Shown piece after piece: positions 25,057 to 38,349 of a stretch of DNA of 64,000 nucleotides (positions within the stretch are counted from its first letter, which is position 1; each line of letters opens with the position of its first letter). The position numbers and the translations under genes were made by a program. The stretch comes from Octopus vulgaris (Eukaryota), in assembly GCA_951406725.2 (NCBI GenBank), contig OX597815.1:81158001-81222000 (forward strand). Direction: 5' to 3'. Under the pieces are notes generated by a model. It was not told the origin of the DNA, did not search any database, and was given only the letters and a program-made list of their open reading frames with translations.

Positions 25057-27093
25057 CTTTCCAAAGTGGATCTTGCAAATTTCAGAATTCAATAAGGTCA
25101 ACGTAACCTAGTGGCAGTGGAGAGTGAAGAGTTTCTGAGATATCAAAAGCAATTTTTTTTAAAATTTCGTTTTGTTTCATTTGAATGAACACACTTCACC
25201 ATCATGCTTCTCCCACCCACCAATATTACCCGACCACCCAAAACATTAAGTCACCACAAATTTTTACAATGTTTGTTTCCTTCATTGATAGAGAGTCCAC
25301 ATCAGTCTAAGGCAAATTGCAGCCCAAGGGACTTTCTGAACGATACACCAACGAAACATTGCCTTGAACTTTTTTTTAGTAGTGCAGCCCACTTCTTGGA
25401 AAAGGTTACCCAATTTGAGAGAGAGGTGCAGAAAAAGAACAACAATAACAGTCCACTCTTGTTTCATGACCAAGTGGCTAGCAGTAAGAAAGGTATTAAA
25501 CATTAAAAATATAAAAAAAAAAATCTTCTAATAGATAAATCATACCGTTTATGCAAGCATGGACAAACAGATTGTGTATGCACATGATTTTATATATAAC
25601 TGAAAATATTGTATGCCTAACAACATCAATTACTGGACTTATTTTCCAATGTCACAAAACCTTATTTTACATTACAATTCAGTTTTCCAATTTCTTGTGT
25701 GCACGCACACACAAACACACACAAAGTAGTTTTGCATTTGGGAAACAATATAATGCTCTGTCTTACGGAAGTGGAGATGAAAAACATGTTAATGTTTTAA
25801 ATTGTGGAATGAAAAAGAAAACGGAAAACAAAAGGCTAAATTGATATAGTAATAAACTCATTGGTATTAAATTGTATCGATATATCTTTTGAAAACATCA
25901 TCATTTCACCTCCACTTTCCATACTGGTATCATCATCTTGCTGCAATCTCCATTACACCACCGCCACCATCTCCATACCTCCACTTTCCATACAGCTTGA
26001 CAAGATCCAACAGATACAAGTATCAAGTCTTGCCTCGGTTTTGATAGTTTCTACAGCTGAATGCCCTTCCTAATGACAAGCACGTTAGAAAGTGCACTAG
26101 GGCTTTTTCTGTAGCACTAGCATGAATGAAGTTGCTAAGCAAGCACCTTCCACTGAATAGGAATACAGCAGTCTGTCTGGCTGATAATATAAATTTGGGT
26201 GTACAAACAAGAACATAAAAAATATATATATAATACAAATAGTATAGAATTTATTCATTAAAAACTGAGTTGCCACCCCATGGTTTTCCCCATTTCTCTC
26301 ATATTCTTTGAGGAAGGCTTGTGCCAGAGAACATGTGTTTAGGTGCACTAAATACATGGTGAATGGCAAAGATGTGAGTGAATTTGGTTGGCAGAAACTG
26401 AAATGATCCAGCTGTGTGTGTTGTGTTAGTGAGTTTGTATTTCCTCTTTATCTTCCTGCGTAATCAGTGGTTGCAAACAATGGCTTCACTGTTTCATGCA
26501 GATGGTAACATTTGCTTGCAATAAACTGTGAAAGCACATGTGGGCATGTTGTGTGATCTTTGTAAGCAAAAGGCTCATTCATACACTATCACTTGCAGCC
26601 AGTTTTTTGTGTAACCAAGTCCAGGCAGTTTTGTTGTTTAATACACTGGGAGATTATTAATTCATGTGGAAAAAAGGTGATGGTGGGGTTGGTATAAGAA
26701 ACAGCATCCAACAGTAGAAACTTCTGCCCCAACAAACTCCTGTCTGACCCAATGCAAGCATGGAAAAGTAGCCATCAAAATGATTATAATATATAGTTGA
26801 AGTTATTCATTAACGCAAACTGGAGACCTCACTGTTGATAGTCTTCTGATTCTGATTCATACGATCTTTCATTAGGTTATCTTATGTATGCGGATATGTG
26901 AGAGTAATGATGGTTTACAAGTTGATGGATGGGTGGGAGAAAAAAAGCATTTCTTTTAAAATAAAGGTTCGACAATCAAGTTTGCCACTCGGGCATCTTG
27001 AGAAATGGACACGGCAGTCACTCAGCTCTCCCCCCTTTCCCTAAATGTTCATGTTACATAAAGAGCAGAAAGAAACAAAATACCCACACTGAC

Positions 27094-27177
27094 CTGTCCG
27101 GAGCCACGTTGTATAAACGGTCAATCTCTTCATCGAAACGAGCGCGGAGTGCAGGGTTCAAGCTACTGTGTTGTTGG
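27094..27177 (-). CDS. 84-nt symmetric (phase 2-2) coding exon QQHSSLNPALRARFDEEIDRLYNVAPD of an unidentified gene
   Basis: ctctttatcgtttgctatag|CCAAC...GGACAG|gtcagt. Only one frame is open; GC/CpG-rich versus flanks; protein-like helical peptide. Confidence 0.7.
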
Positions 27178-29923
27178 CTATAGCAAACGATAAAGAGGGA
27201 AGAAAAGATATGTTAAAGATAGACGAAAGAGAAGTTGCAAGAGAAAGGCAATAATTTTTTATTTTTTTTTTACTATTTCTTAATTCTGAAGGATATTTTT
27301 CTTTTTCATTTTTTCCTCAAGAAAACAAGCAAGAAAGAAAATAATTCAAAAAGGAATATTTTTTTTTGAATAAAAGATTTTTGGGGAGGGTGAGTCTCTT
27401 TTGTATTCATCTAATATAGATTATATTTATTTCTGATTTATTGAGATCTTTCTCAGTAGGAAAGATGAATAACAAAAGAATGATGGGCTCGAGATATTCT
27501 GATGTCTTCCTAAACCTACACATATAAAACCTTATTCATTTAGTTTTTCACTCATCACAGCTCAGGTAAGTAGAGTGAATTTTATGCTTTGCTGATGGAA
27601 TCACACAGATAAAACCAGTTAAGATGCCTCCCTTACGTTCCTAGGAAACTTAAAAAAGTAATATCCAATATCAACTCAGAAAGGAAGAAAAGCAAAGTCA
27701 ACTTCAAATCTCTCTGAGATCAACTTTGCCTTTTATCCTTTTGGGGGTTAATAAAGTACCACTCAAATACTAGAGTCAATGTAATCAACTACCTATTATC
27801 CTCAAAATTGCTGGTCTTGTGCTTAAATTAGAGACAGTATAAGTCATTGATTGATCTAGTCCTTTTTCTTCTCGACATACATTTATTTCTCGCTTAACAT
27901 TATAGTTCTCCCTGTGCCAACACAAACTGGCAAATTGATACATAATCGACTCCCGAGACTGCTAAGCTCTCTCCCAATCATTGTCACATCCAATCAATCA
28001 ATGAGTGTCTCTTTGACAAATACATGGCATAGATGTTTATCAAATGTGCAAAAAATCAAAAAGTAAATTTGTCTGGCAAATGAGGTTCCAGACAAAGCTT
28101 TACTTTAAAAAAAATACGTAAACATGACAGAAAGAAGTTTTCCAGAAGATCTGGTACCATCTATTACATTCATTACTATTTTTTTTATTGTCAGCTATGA
28201 TGTCCTCTTCTTTTTCTTACCTTTTTTTTTTTCTTTTTTTTTGCCCAGCACAACTAATGTAATAACCAGAGTCAAGTGTTTTGACCAGTTGTGATCAGAT
28301 GTGTCCCTGGTGATTGGTGCAAATTGACTTCAGACAGTGAATTTTATACAAGTTATGGCATACATGCTTGCTGTGCTCAGAAGTAAATATTAGATATTGG
28401 GAGACTGAATGAAATAGCTAAGGCGAAGTTAGACTTGGGTAACAAGGGATGCTCAGCTCTAATGGAGAGTAAAAAACATGTAAACATTCTGAAGTGCGGT
28501 GTTAGAAAAACAAAAGGCTAAACTGAAATGGAATAGCACCTTATAAGCTGTATTGGAATAGTGTGTACGTCTGTGTGTGTGTGTGTGTGTGTGCATGCAA
28601 GCATATGTACAGATACTAGGAAATAGTTTGATTTAAGCATTTACATGTTTGGAAAAAGAATATAATTAGTATATGTGTGTGTGTGTGTGTACTTGTGTTT
28701 ACATAGAATTTTTACATTAAACAGAATTAATGGAGTATAACAATTTGCCTGGTTCACAACCAGGTTTTCTGTTTCCCATAATTAACTGAAGGAAGGGCAG
28801 AACATATCTTGTATTTAACTGTTAGAAAAATACAGATGGGTGGTTACTGACATGATGGGAAGTCAAGCACCTTTTTTAAAGACATAAACCAAAGTGAGAG
28901 GGTTAATGAGATGTCTGTGGAGTGAAGTTTTATTTACAAAAAGAAAAGAGAAAAATGAATTGATATAACTGGAGAGAATCTTCAAGTGAGAACTGAAAGT
29001 GGGTCAAAGATTTAGTACAACAGTGAAGCTCACCTCTATCAACAGCATGGTGCTGACCTTTCAATGAGATATATTGATTGCTCTTCTCTAAAGCACACAG
29101 AACCTTGTCATATGATGATGTCAGGAAGGGAGGGTTTATGCAGGTGTCACTGTACTCCAGCAACACACACACACACACACACACACACACATCATATCAT
29201 ATGTAAAACAAACAGGATTATATATCTGGATATGTAATCATGTTTATCATACATATGACACATATAAAGGGATGTAACCAAATGCCACAAAGTAGCTTGT
29301 GTAACTCACTACAGATTCTGATACGTCTGTATAAATGGTTATATGCACATACATACACATCGGTGTGTGTGTGTGTGTGTGTAAATGAATTCTTTGTTGT
29401 TTCTGATGATGGCGTTTTATCAATTGAACTACCTTCTCAACGTATTACTATAAAAGTGACTAAGTATTTAAAAGATGTTTCTATTCTTCAATCCTCAGAA
29501 AGGGTCAACATGACGGTGAGTAACGAGGTGAGCCTTTCCCGTTATAGGCTGTGTCCATCGGAGGGAATTCCATAATGTTCCTCTTTTACCTGCTTTCCCT
29601 CACAAAACTTGATTGAACCGAAGCTGTACAGAAGATACTTGCTTAATGTTTCATGCTGAGGAATCAAACCTTGTAGCTCTTGAACATGAAGTCATTTGCA
29701 TGACCATTTGGCTATACCTGTACCCAGAGTTACACATGCAAATTTGTGAATTTTTTTTTTTTTTTTTTTTGATTTTTACATATTTCTATATAGGTTGCCA
29801 AATTGCTAAATGACAATATGCTGTTGTGTCAGAACAAACCTTGTGCCAAACTCAGTCCACTAAGACAACCACTGATGCAAATGAGTTTACATATCCCTTA
29901 AAATGATGTATATTTGTACTAAT

Positions 29924-30140
29924 AGGCATAGGTGTGGCTGTGTGGTAATTAGCTTGCTTCCCAACCACATGGTACCAGGTTCCGTCTCATTGCATAGCAC
30001 ATTGGGCAAGTGTCTTCTGCTATATAAGCCTCGGGCTGACCAAAGCCTTGTTAGTGGATTTGGTAGACGGAAACTGAAAGATGCCAGTCATATATATATA
30101 TATATCAAATGACTGAAACAAGTAAAAGGATAAAAGAATA
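29924..30140 (+). mobile_element. SINE family B copy with internal deletion
   Basis: Head to ggaaactgaaaga, then (TA)n joined directly to the caaatgactgaaacaagtaaaag tail. Confidence 0.8.
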
Positions 30141-30899
30141 ATAGTCCACTGCATCGGTACATTGAGTAAGTGCAAATCCAGCTTGAGGGCAAACATACAA
30201 AGCCCTTGATAATAAATGGAGATTAGATTGTGCTGCATATATCTTTCACACACACAAAAGAAGGAGGCTAATAGTTTTAAAATGTTCTAGCTGGACATTA
30301 CGGCATCTGAATACCTAATTGCAGTAAACATTGGGGGGGGGGGGGGTTAGATTTTTATGAGGATTTTCTGCTATCATTAGTAAATAACCATACCATTTTT
30401 GATGAGATTTTATCATTCCCCAATTCAAATCCATAATGGTTTTGTGTGTGTGTGTGTGTGTATATGTGTGTGAGTGTGTGTGAGAGAGAGAGCGAGAGAG
30501 AGAGAGAAAGAGAGAGTGAGAGTAAGATAGAGAGAGCTAGATCCTTGTCACCTTTACTCATCACCACAGATTTTGTACATCCACTTTTTGAAAATAATTG
30601 AGAATAGGAATAAATAAAATCTGGGATTATTGCCTTTTCTGTAGAATTTGTACACCCACCTGCAGAGGAGAAAATATGCAGAACTCACCTTCTGAAAATG
30701 TTAACCTGCAACAGACTGGCAACCTATCCAGTGAAACAATAACTCTCTCTCTCTCACTCTCTCTTATCCACTTAAGGATTGTGTAACAAAGTCCAGTACC
30801 AGCTTCTATAACCCCAAGGAACAGCCTACGTTTAAAGCAATATACTTTTGGGCATCCAGACGAGTGAAGCATGCATAGGGAATGTAAAGCTGCAAGTTA

Positions 30900-31345
30900 G
30901 TAAGGTATAAAGCATCGACTGCAAAAACTGAAGATGCAAGAGAGAAATGAGTCAAGTATGATTTACTGCATGTGCAGCATAAATTTGTATGAACAATGAA
31001 ATGCAAGTAAGCTGAGAAACCTGCTGCTGTTAGGTGCTGAAGAAACCAGCCCACTGCTGATGTGTGCAGGAGAGTCAGCTGTGCTGGTTTGGACATGTGA
31101 TGGTAAATGGAGGACACGTGCTGCTGGATTAAAGAAATGCTGATGCGATCATTGCTGGGGGACGATGAAGGAAGAGCTAGAAGAAGAGGTGGTGAGAGAG
31201 CAAGAGATCTGAGAATATTGGGTTTAACAAGGGGGGAGAGAAAAGATGGGGGAGTTGGGTCGATGTGGATTGGTAAAATGCAAGATGAACAAAGCTGTTC
31301 ACCTCATACCAGCATGAGAAAAATGAACCTTTAAACAATGTTGCT
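30900..31345 (+). mobile_element. Decayed RTE-clade LINE 3' end
   Basis: Peptides QERNESSMIYCMCSI and VQESQLCWFGHVM resemble the RTE ORF2 C-terminal motifs (E..MLRWMC, RRLRWFGHV); ends in the RTE-type tail. Confidence 0.7.
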
Positions 31346-33036
31346 GCTTAAATGACATATGTTTATGATTGCAGCAATATAAGAGAGTAGAGCTTGCATT
31401 TTTTTTATTGTTACTATTTCACTTAAACCTTTTAAAGCTTCAGAGAAAGGTACGAACATTGCAGAATGAAATATTCGTTCGCAGTAGGTTTCATATCGAA
31501 TCAGTGACATCGAGTTAAATTATTCAGAAGAAATAAAAACAAAAAATCTTCAGTGCTTGTTGGTTCGATGAGTCACCGAATCAATACTGCACAATGATGT
31601 AGAAAGGTAGAATGAAGAGGGGACAGCTTGTCTGCCACTGGCTTCCACCGGTCACCCAGTTCTCACCTGCAGCTTCACAAATTACTGGCATGCAGTAGAG
31701 TGCTTATCTCCTAGGCAATGACATTGTCAAGCTGGCTAAACAAGGTGGAAGACAGCAACAAGTTTTACATTCTCAGTGAAATTCTTGGCTTGTCTCTTCA
31801 TACGTACAAAGACCGAGTTTTCGGTAAACTGCCAAGATTAAACGTAAGCATTAGTGGTCAAGTTTCAGTGGGCAGATACACAATAACCCCCAATCTCACA
31901 GTAGACTATATATTCCAGAACACAATGACTCACATAGAACACCCTGGTCATCCTACTGCATTCCTGGTGTACTAGCAGTTATCTCAATCTGTTTTTTGTC
32001 ACTGGTCCAAAAAAAAAGCCAAGAATGAGAGCATGAGTCTAATGGTCCAGGGCATCTTAAGATTTGAATTTCTTCATTATAGATGTTGGGGTACCACATG
32101 TATTTGTAGCAATGAAATACCATGACTTCATAGTCTCCTGGCTCCATGAAAACACAGTGTAGTAATAATTAGAAGTAGACATGATTACCTGGTCACCCAT
32201 GCAGCTGTGTCCACTGCTGATGGTTTTTAAAAAGATGATATCAGAGCCTAAGAGAAAGTCGTCTTTTTAAATAAAAGATGAACAAGAAGGATAAGTTGAT
32301 GTTTAACCTCAGGTCAGCACCAACTGAGAAGACATATGATAAAAGGAATTCCAATCATGACCATCCTAACTTTGATTCATATTATGTACACCTAGAACTG
32401 CATTATTTAATGCATCGCTTCCTCTTTTTAACATATTAGGGTGTGATTTGAAGGAGATGTGACAGCTATTTTTAGAAGGTCAAGCAATTAAAAGAGGTTT
32501 CTTTTCATGTATGGTGTTTGTATTTTTATCAATTTTCTTCTTGTATGAGGACTACTGTTTTACTGGGATGGAGAGTTGCTACACTAGGTGTATATTAGAT
32601 TTAGGGTATTTCATAATGCTTTATAGGGGTGGAAAGGAACCAGATTGTCATCAATATTAATAAAAAATATAACAAAAAAAATTGTTCGTGATGGTGATGA
32701 TTGATGATGGTTAGTTATGATTGCAGTGGTGGGGAATACCAAGAAGACAGTGACATGAAGAAAGTAACTTGATTATTCTCAAAATTGACACAAAAGGTAA
32801 TAAGTCCTAACAATTATAAACATCAACATGATAATAATAATAATAATAATAATTATTGTTGTTGATGCTGTTGTTATTGTTTCTTAAGTCTCTGAAATCA
32901 AGAGACAATCACTGATGACCCATTCATCAGTACCTTTGATCACAAGCAGCCAAATAAATTGCTATCACACTGGTACAGAACAAATATAAAAATCTATCTT
33001 TTGTGTGCACATATCATTGGTGTTGTTGACTCAGTG

Positions 33037-33071
<35 letters not shown>

Positions 33072-33730
33072 AAATTCCATGATTTCAAATGAGAAAGGGG
33101 ACTTCCAAAATATCTACTTTTGCAGTGGTGAGTTGACAGCTTGTGCCATGTCCAGCCCTGATTAGAGCTGGCAACTTGCATACATTCTTCAAAGAATGGC
33201 CTACGAGAAATGTTAGAATTTTCTTATTTCAAAAACTGAAATCCAGTAACATTATTAAACTTTTTTTTTTTTGCCAACAGAAACCACATCAGGTAGAATT
33301 ATCATAACGCTGTGTGGCATGACAAACCTGGCCCTTTGAATTATCGACATAGTGCTCTAATGGGATCTTGCAGTTTCTGTCCACCTAATTTCCTTGTCAA
33401 GGATCAGATTGGATTGACCAGAGTGGATTGCAGTAACAGAAGCTATTAACCAAAGATGTTGTGAGGTGGAATTCAACCCAGAAACACATAACTGTGAAAG
33501 AAATATCTGAACCAAATGCCACTGTGCGAAACTAAGCAATCAATGGTAGCAGTGATTGTTACACTGCATCCAATGCTCAATTGCATACCCTTATATGAAG
33601 CCATTATGGCATAATTTTTCTATAAATATACAAACACTGTTTACTCTGAACAATTATCCATCCAGCAAGGTCTGTATGACAGAATCTGTTGCAACTATAT
33701 GCAGGATGACTTAACAATAATCCCCAGCAT

Positions 33731-33900
33731 TTAACCCTTAATCTTTTTGTTACCGTATTTATTTTGAGAAGCTCTGTGTTTCTTTCGATTAATTTTAAAT
33801 ATATCAAAGAATTTAGTAAAATAACTCAGTTATCATTAAGCTGATGTTAGGAACATAAATTGTGACCGAGGTTTGGTGGAAAACTGTAATTCAAAACTTA
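33731..33900 (+). mobile_element. piggyBac-type MITE family 2, truncated
   Basis: Matches the 5' part of 43768-43985. Confidence 0.7.
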
Positions 33901-34022
33901 ATTAGTTTGGCATAATCTAATTTCTTTATTTTTAGAAGACATTATAGGATTGGTGTCAGAAGCTGAATCTGGCCAGTTTGAACATATAAGAAGAATAATT
34001 AAGCTGAATATGGTCAGTTTAA

Positions 34023-34242
34023 CCCTTTAGCATTTAAACTAGCCATATTTGACCAAAATGTTCTACCTGTTTTATGTCCAAACTGGCTAGATCCAGAATT
34101 TCTCACCTACCCTACAATGTTACTGTAAAAATAAACATTCACATCTTTGAAATCTCAAAGCTACAAGATAATACATGATTAATTCAAAATAATGTGAATG
34201 AATAAGCTTAACATTTGACAGAATTATCTGAATGCTAAAGGG
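34023..34242 (-). mobile_element. piggyBac-type MITE family 1
   Basis: Perfect 12-bp TIR CCCTTTAGCATT / AATGCTAAAGGG; TTAA on the left. Confidence 0.85.
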
Positions 34243-35109
34243 TGGAATATGCTTCATACTAGTAACCTCAAAAGTTCTGCGATACATAGTAGAACAAGTC
34301 TAATTTATTACACACAGTGCACAGTAATACATGCATATAGGACTGCACCCAACCTTGACACACCCATGACGACAGTAAATTTCTAAAACTTAATAAAACA
34401 TTCACCAAATTCTTTAAATATTATTTTTGTTACACAGGAGATGATAGGAGAGGTGGAGGAAACATCAGAGGTCTGCACGGTTTTAGGTAAACATTGAAGA
34501 AAGCAGATTGAAGATGTGAGGATTAGTAAAGAAAAACAACACACACACACACCATAAATAAATAATAAAACCCAGTAAAACTGTCAACCTAACATTTTTT
34601 GAGACCCCACCCAACACACATGCATAACCAACAAACAAACTAAAAAATAATGTTTTTTTTAGGAAAAAACAAGAATTAAAATTTACAAAAGCAATTTCAA
34701 CTATGTCCCTTAGATTGAAAGATGTTTTTTCTATGATGTTTGAACACTTAGCTGGTCAGTATCAATAATCAAAGATTTTGTAAAATAGAACAAGTCTCCA
34801 TGAAATAGAAGAAAGAGAATCCTGAAGTGAAGGGAAAAAAAGTCATTCTTTAGAGAAGAAATTAACAGAACTGCATGGGAAATACTTTAACCCTTTAGAT
34901 ACTGACCTGTTTGAGACCACTCTTGGTTCCCTGACACAAACTTACCATTTTAAAGTGATCTAAATGATAACCTAGTCTAAATTTTGTGTCAATTTGTTCC
35001 AGACACCAGATTAATATTGAGAAAGTCATTTTACTAAATTCTTCATTATTTTAAAACGAAAGCAGCTTATGCCAATAGAAATACCTTAATGAAAGTGTTA
35101 CAAATAGAA

Positions 35110-35303
35110 ATAATGGTTTCATATTTTGGCACAAGGCCAGCAACTTCAAGGGAGGGGGTAAGTTGAATATATTGACACAAGTGCACCACTGGTTCTTATT
35201 TTATCAACCTTGAAGTCAATCTCGGTAGAATTTGAACTCAAAAGCTAAAGACAAAAAATGCTGCTAAGCATTTTGCCTGGTGTGCTAACGATTCTGCCAG
35301 CTT
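35110..35303 (-). mobile_element. SINE family A copy
   Basis: Reverse-complement match to family A; another copy at 35693-35870. Confidence 0.75.
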
Positions 35304-35321
35304 AATAATAATAATAATAAT

Positions 35322-35690
35322 AATAAGAGCACTCAGAGAGTGCAAACCTCTACCATGGCAACGTCCTCTCAACAAGAAGCCAGAGATGATTTTTAAAATG
35401 AGAATATCTGAAATAAACTCGACTGCTCTCACAAATGAGAATACTAAAAATGAACCAGACTGCTCTCAAAAATTAAGTAAAAAAAAACAGGAAAAATAAT
35501 CCAGAATCCTTGTCCAGTACTGGATTGATCCCAAAATACAATCAGTTTGAGCCAGTCACATGGCCAAACATCCCTGAAAGTTTCATCTAAATCTATCCAG
35601 CAATTCTTGAGATATCTTGTCCACGGACAGACAAACAAACAATCAAACAAAACCGAAAACAATACCTCCACCTTCGCTAAGCGGAGGCAA
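35322..35690 (+). mobile_element. Helentron-associated (HINE/DINE-1-like) non-autonomous element
   Basis: Subterminal acctccgcc-like motif repeated at both ends, (GACA/AACA)n near the 3' end, 3' hairpin acctccacctt-cgct-aagcggaggc; three copies in the window. Confidence 0.65.
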
Positions 35691-36114
35691 TAATAATGAT
35701 TTCAAATCTTGGCACAAGGCCAGTAATTCTGGTACTTATTTTACTGACCCTGAATGGATGAAAATCAAAAATGACCACAGCAGAATTTGCACTTAAAATG
35801 TAGAGACAGACCAAATGCTGCTGAGCATTTTGCCCAGCATGGTAATGATTTTACCAGTTCACTGCCTTAATAATAAACAACAATGGTGATGATGATAATC
35901 AACAAAGAAACTTTCATCTACATATGATTGATATGTATGGATATTCCTGATTACCAATAATCTGTTACTGAAATCCGTTCACTTGAATGAAAGAATGTCA
36001 TCTCTTCGAAGGATAAGATGATTCAAAGCAGAACACTTCAGACTTAAGGTACATTAAACCAGAGATGAACTTGGGCAGAGGTAACAATTTTATAGGCTTA
36101 TTCTATTACCTTAC

Positions 36115-36267
36115 CATTTTCTTCTTTGCATATACCTCCATGTATTCTATGAACGTCTATCTTCTGGCAGGTCAGGGTTGTTTTTGGATATAAAACAATA
36201 TTTAAGAAGCAGTACTTTTCTTTTGATTAATGGCATATGTGTATGTGTATTCACATTGGCTTCGTGG
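36115..36267 (-). other. Candidate 153-nt exon (5' UTR plus MQRRK- start, or a cassette with one UAG)
   Basis: tttaatttcatag|CCACG...AAAATG|gtaagg. The phase-2 frame is open except TAG at 36147-36149; ATG at 36131 ends in phase 2. Confidence 0.4.
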
Positions 36268-36607
36268 CTATGAAATTAAAATTTTGGTTTACAAGACCCA
36301 CAATATTTATTGCTTCAATTTATTTGACTGACAATATAGATTCCATAATTGATTTGCTATTGAGTAAGTTACCAGTAAAAAGAATACTGACCAGTAAAAA
36401 TATTTACAGTCTTTTTTTTTTTTTATTTCAAAATATATATAAAAAAAACACCTTCAACCCAGAATGAGCACTGTGTGTATCTTGGGTTTAGAGATTAAAT
36501 ACAAGTGTGTCTCTGCATATTGGAAGAGGTGACTGAAAAGGTTAGCATGCAATAGAAAACTCATCTAACTCATACTAACATAGAAAACAGACATAAAAAT
36601 AATGTTA

Positions 36608-36810
36608 TAATCCTTTCTACTACAGGCACTAGGCCAGAAATTTGGTGGGAGGGAACCAATCAATTTCATTGACGCTGTACTCAACTGGTACTTAGTTTAT
36701 CAACCCCGATAGAATGAAAGGAAAAGTTGAGCTCAATGAAATTTGAAATCAGAATGTAAAAATGGGCAGAAGGCTGCTTAGCATTTTACCTGACATACTA
36801 ACGACTCTGG
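36608..36810 (-). mobile_element. SINE family A copy
   Basis: Reverse-complement match to family A. Confidence 0.75.
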
Positions 36811-36983
36811 ACTGGTCGTCAACTATATGACATAATGAATTTAAAAAATGTCAAATGATAGGAAATTATGGCTCCTGGAAACTAATTAGATTGTTGGAAA
36901 CTTAATTTAGAACCTAGAAGTGATTAAAAAACAAAAAAGTGAATGAACAGTTAAAAAAATATTATTCTAACAATAACATCAAA

Positions 36984-37280
36984 AACAAGAGCACTCAGAG
37001 AGTGCAAACCTCTGCCAAGGTAGCACCAACGATTAGCAAGAGATGATTTTTAAAATGAGAATATCTGAAACAAACTCGACTGCTCTCACAAATGAGAGTA
37101 CTAAGAATGAACCTGATTGCTCTCATATCCAGAATCCTTGTCCAATACCAAAAATTTAATCAGGTCAAACATCCCTGAAAGTTTCATGCAAATCCATCAA
37201 ATGGTTCTTGAGATATCTTGACCACAGACAAACGAACAAGCACAACTGAAAAACAATACCTCCGCCTTAGCGAAGGCAGA
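36984..37280 (+). mobile_element. Helentron/DINE-1-like element with internal deletions
   Basis: Matches 35322-35690; 3' hairpin acctccgccttagcgaaggcagaag. Confidence 0.7.
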
Positions 37281-37861
37281 AGAAAAATATATACATATAT
37301 ATAGAAAGCCAAATATTAAGACTTATAAGAAGAATTATGTGGCATGGGAAAGACATGGTTGAATATGTAATGTTAACATGTATGAAAAGCAGAGCACAAT
37401 AAAGCCGGTAAGAGTGATTAAGCATTAAAGGCAATAGTCAGTGTGCGTTGGTGTGTGTGTGTGGTGGGGAGATGATTGTGTTGGTGTGGATGTACAAAGA
37501 CGTAGGTGGAGGAGGAATGTTGAGTGTAAAAATGAGTTGTGTGCCATCAATGGAAGATACCTTAAGAAGAGGAAGGTTGAGCAGGATACAGTGAACTGTT
37601 GTAAGGTCAGATCACATAATGACAGACAGCAACATGTTGTAGAGCAGTCCTGTCCAACCCATATTAGCAATGACAATGATGATGATGATTACAAAAAACA
37701 AAACAAACAAAACACATCATTCTTTACACCTTCAGTGATTGAAATAAATATACTGTAAATGGAACCAGAACTAATGAGATTACAGTAATCCAGCTGGCCC
37801 ACACTATTTTTAGTATTATAACAAATTTCAAAGATATGTAAGATTTACTACAGTGGTGACT

Positions 37862-38125
37862 GTGGAGCCACGTGGTTTAGTGGTTAAGGTGTTGCACTCA
37901 TCATCATAAGATTGTGCTTTCAATTCCTGGAGAAAGCAATGCATTGTGTTCTTGAGCAAAACGCTTCATTTCGTGTTGCTCCAGTCCATTCAGCTGGCAA
38001 CAGTGAGTAATACTGCAACAGACAAGTGTCCCAACCAGCGGAAAAATATATATACCCCAGAATATGGATAAGTGGCCTTATAAGTCTACATCTCAGGAAG
38101 GACACGAGAGCCGTTTTGAGAAGAG
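37862..38125 (+). mobile_element. tRNA-derived SINE family C
   Basis: A box tggtttagtgg; body cttgagcaaaacgcttcatttc..ttgctccagtc. Confidence 0.75.
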
Positions 38126-38349
38126 GAATGATCTTATGGCAATACTGTATCATGTTTGCTTTAGTACCTGACCATTTGTGGGTGGTGAAAATAGAAAAGA
38201 AAAAAAAAACCTGTAGTAGTCCTCTGATCAAGCAGGCATTCTTAATTATAATTGCAACCAACAACATGATAGAATGTCACCAGGGTACTATGATGCTTTG
38301 TCCCCAAATACCAACTAAACAGAACTAGGCAAAAAAAAAAAAAACTGTT

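Noticed and set aside
24440-25078. 212-aa and 122-aa minus ORFs with poly-A/T/H/S runs
   Set aside because: Mostly trinucleotide low complexity; only the spliced segment 24974-25056 is retained.
29034-29154. Minus exon candidate ending GAG|gtgagc
   Set aside because: No polypyrimidine acceptor (a GT microsatellite instead) and no recognisable peptide.
31440-32240. Higher-complexity stretch with 85-aa and 64-aa ORFs
   Set aside because: Probably an old transposon remnant, but I could not recognise a motif; left unclassified.
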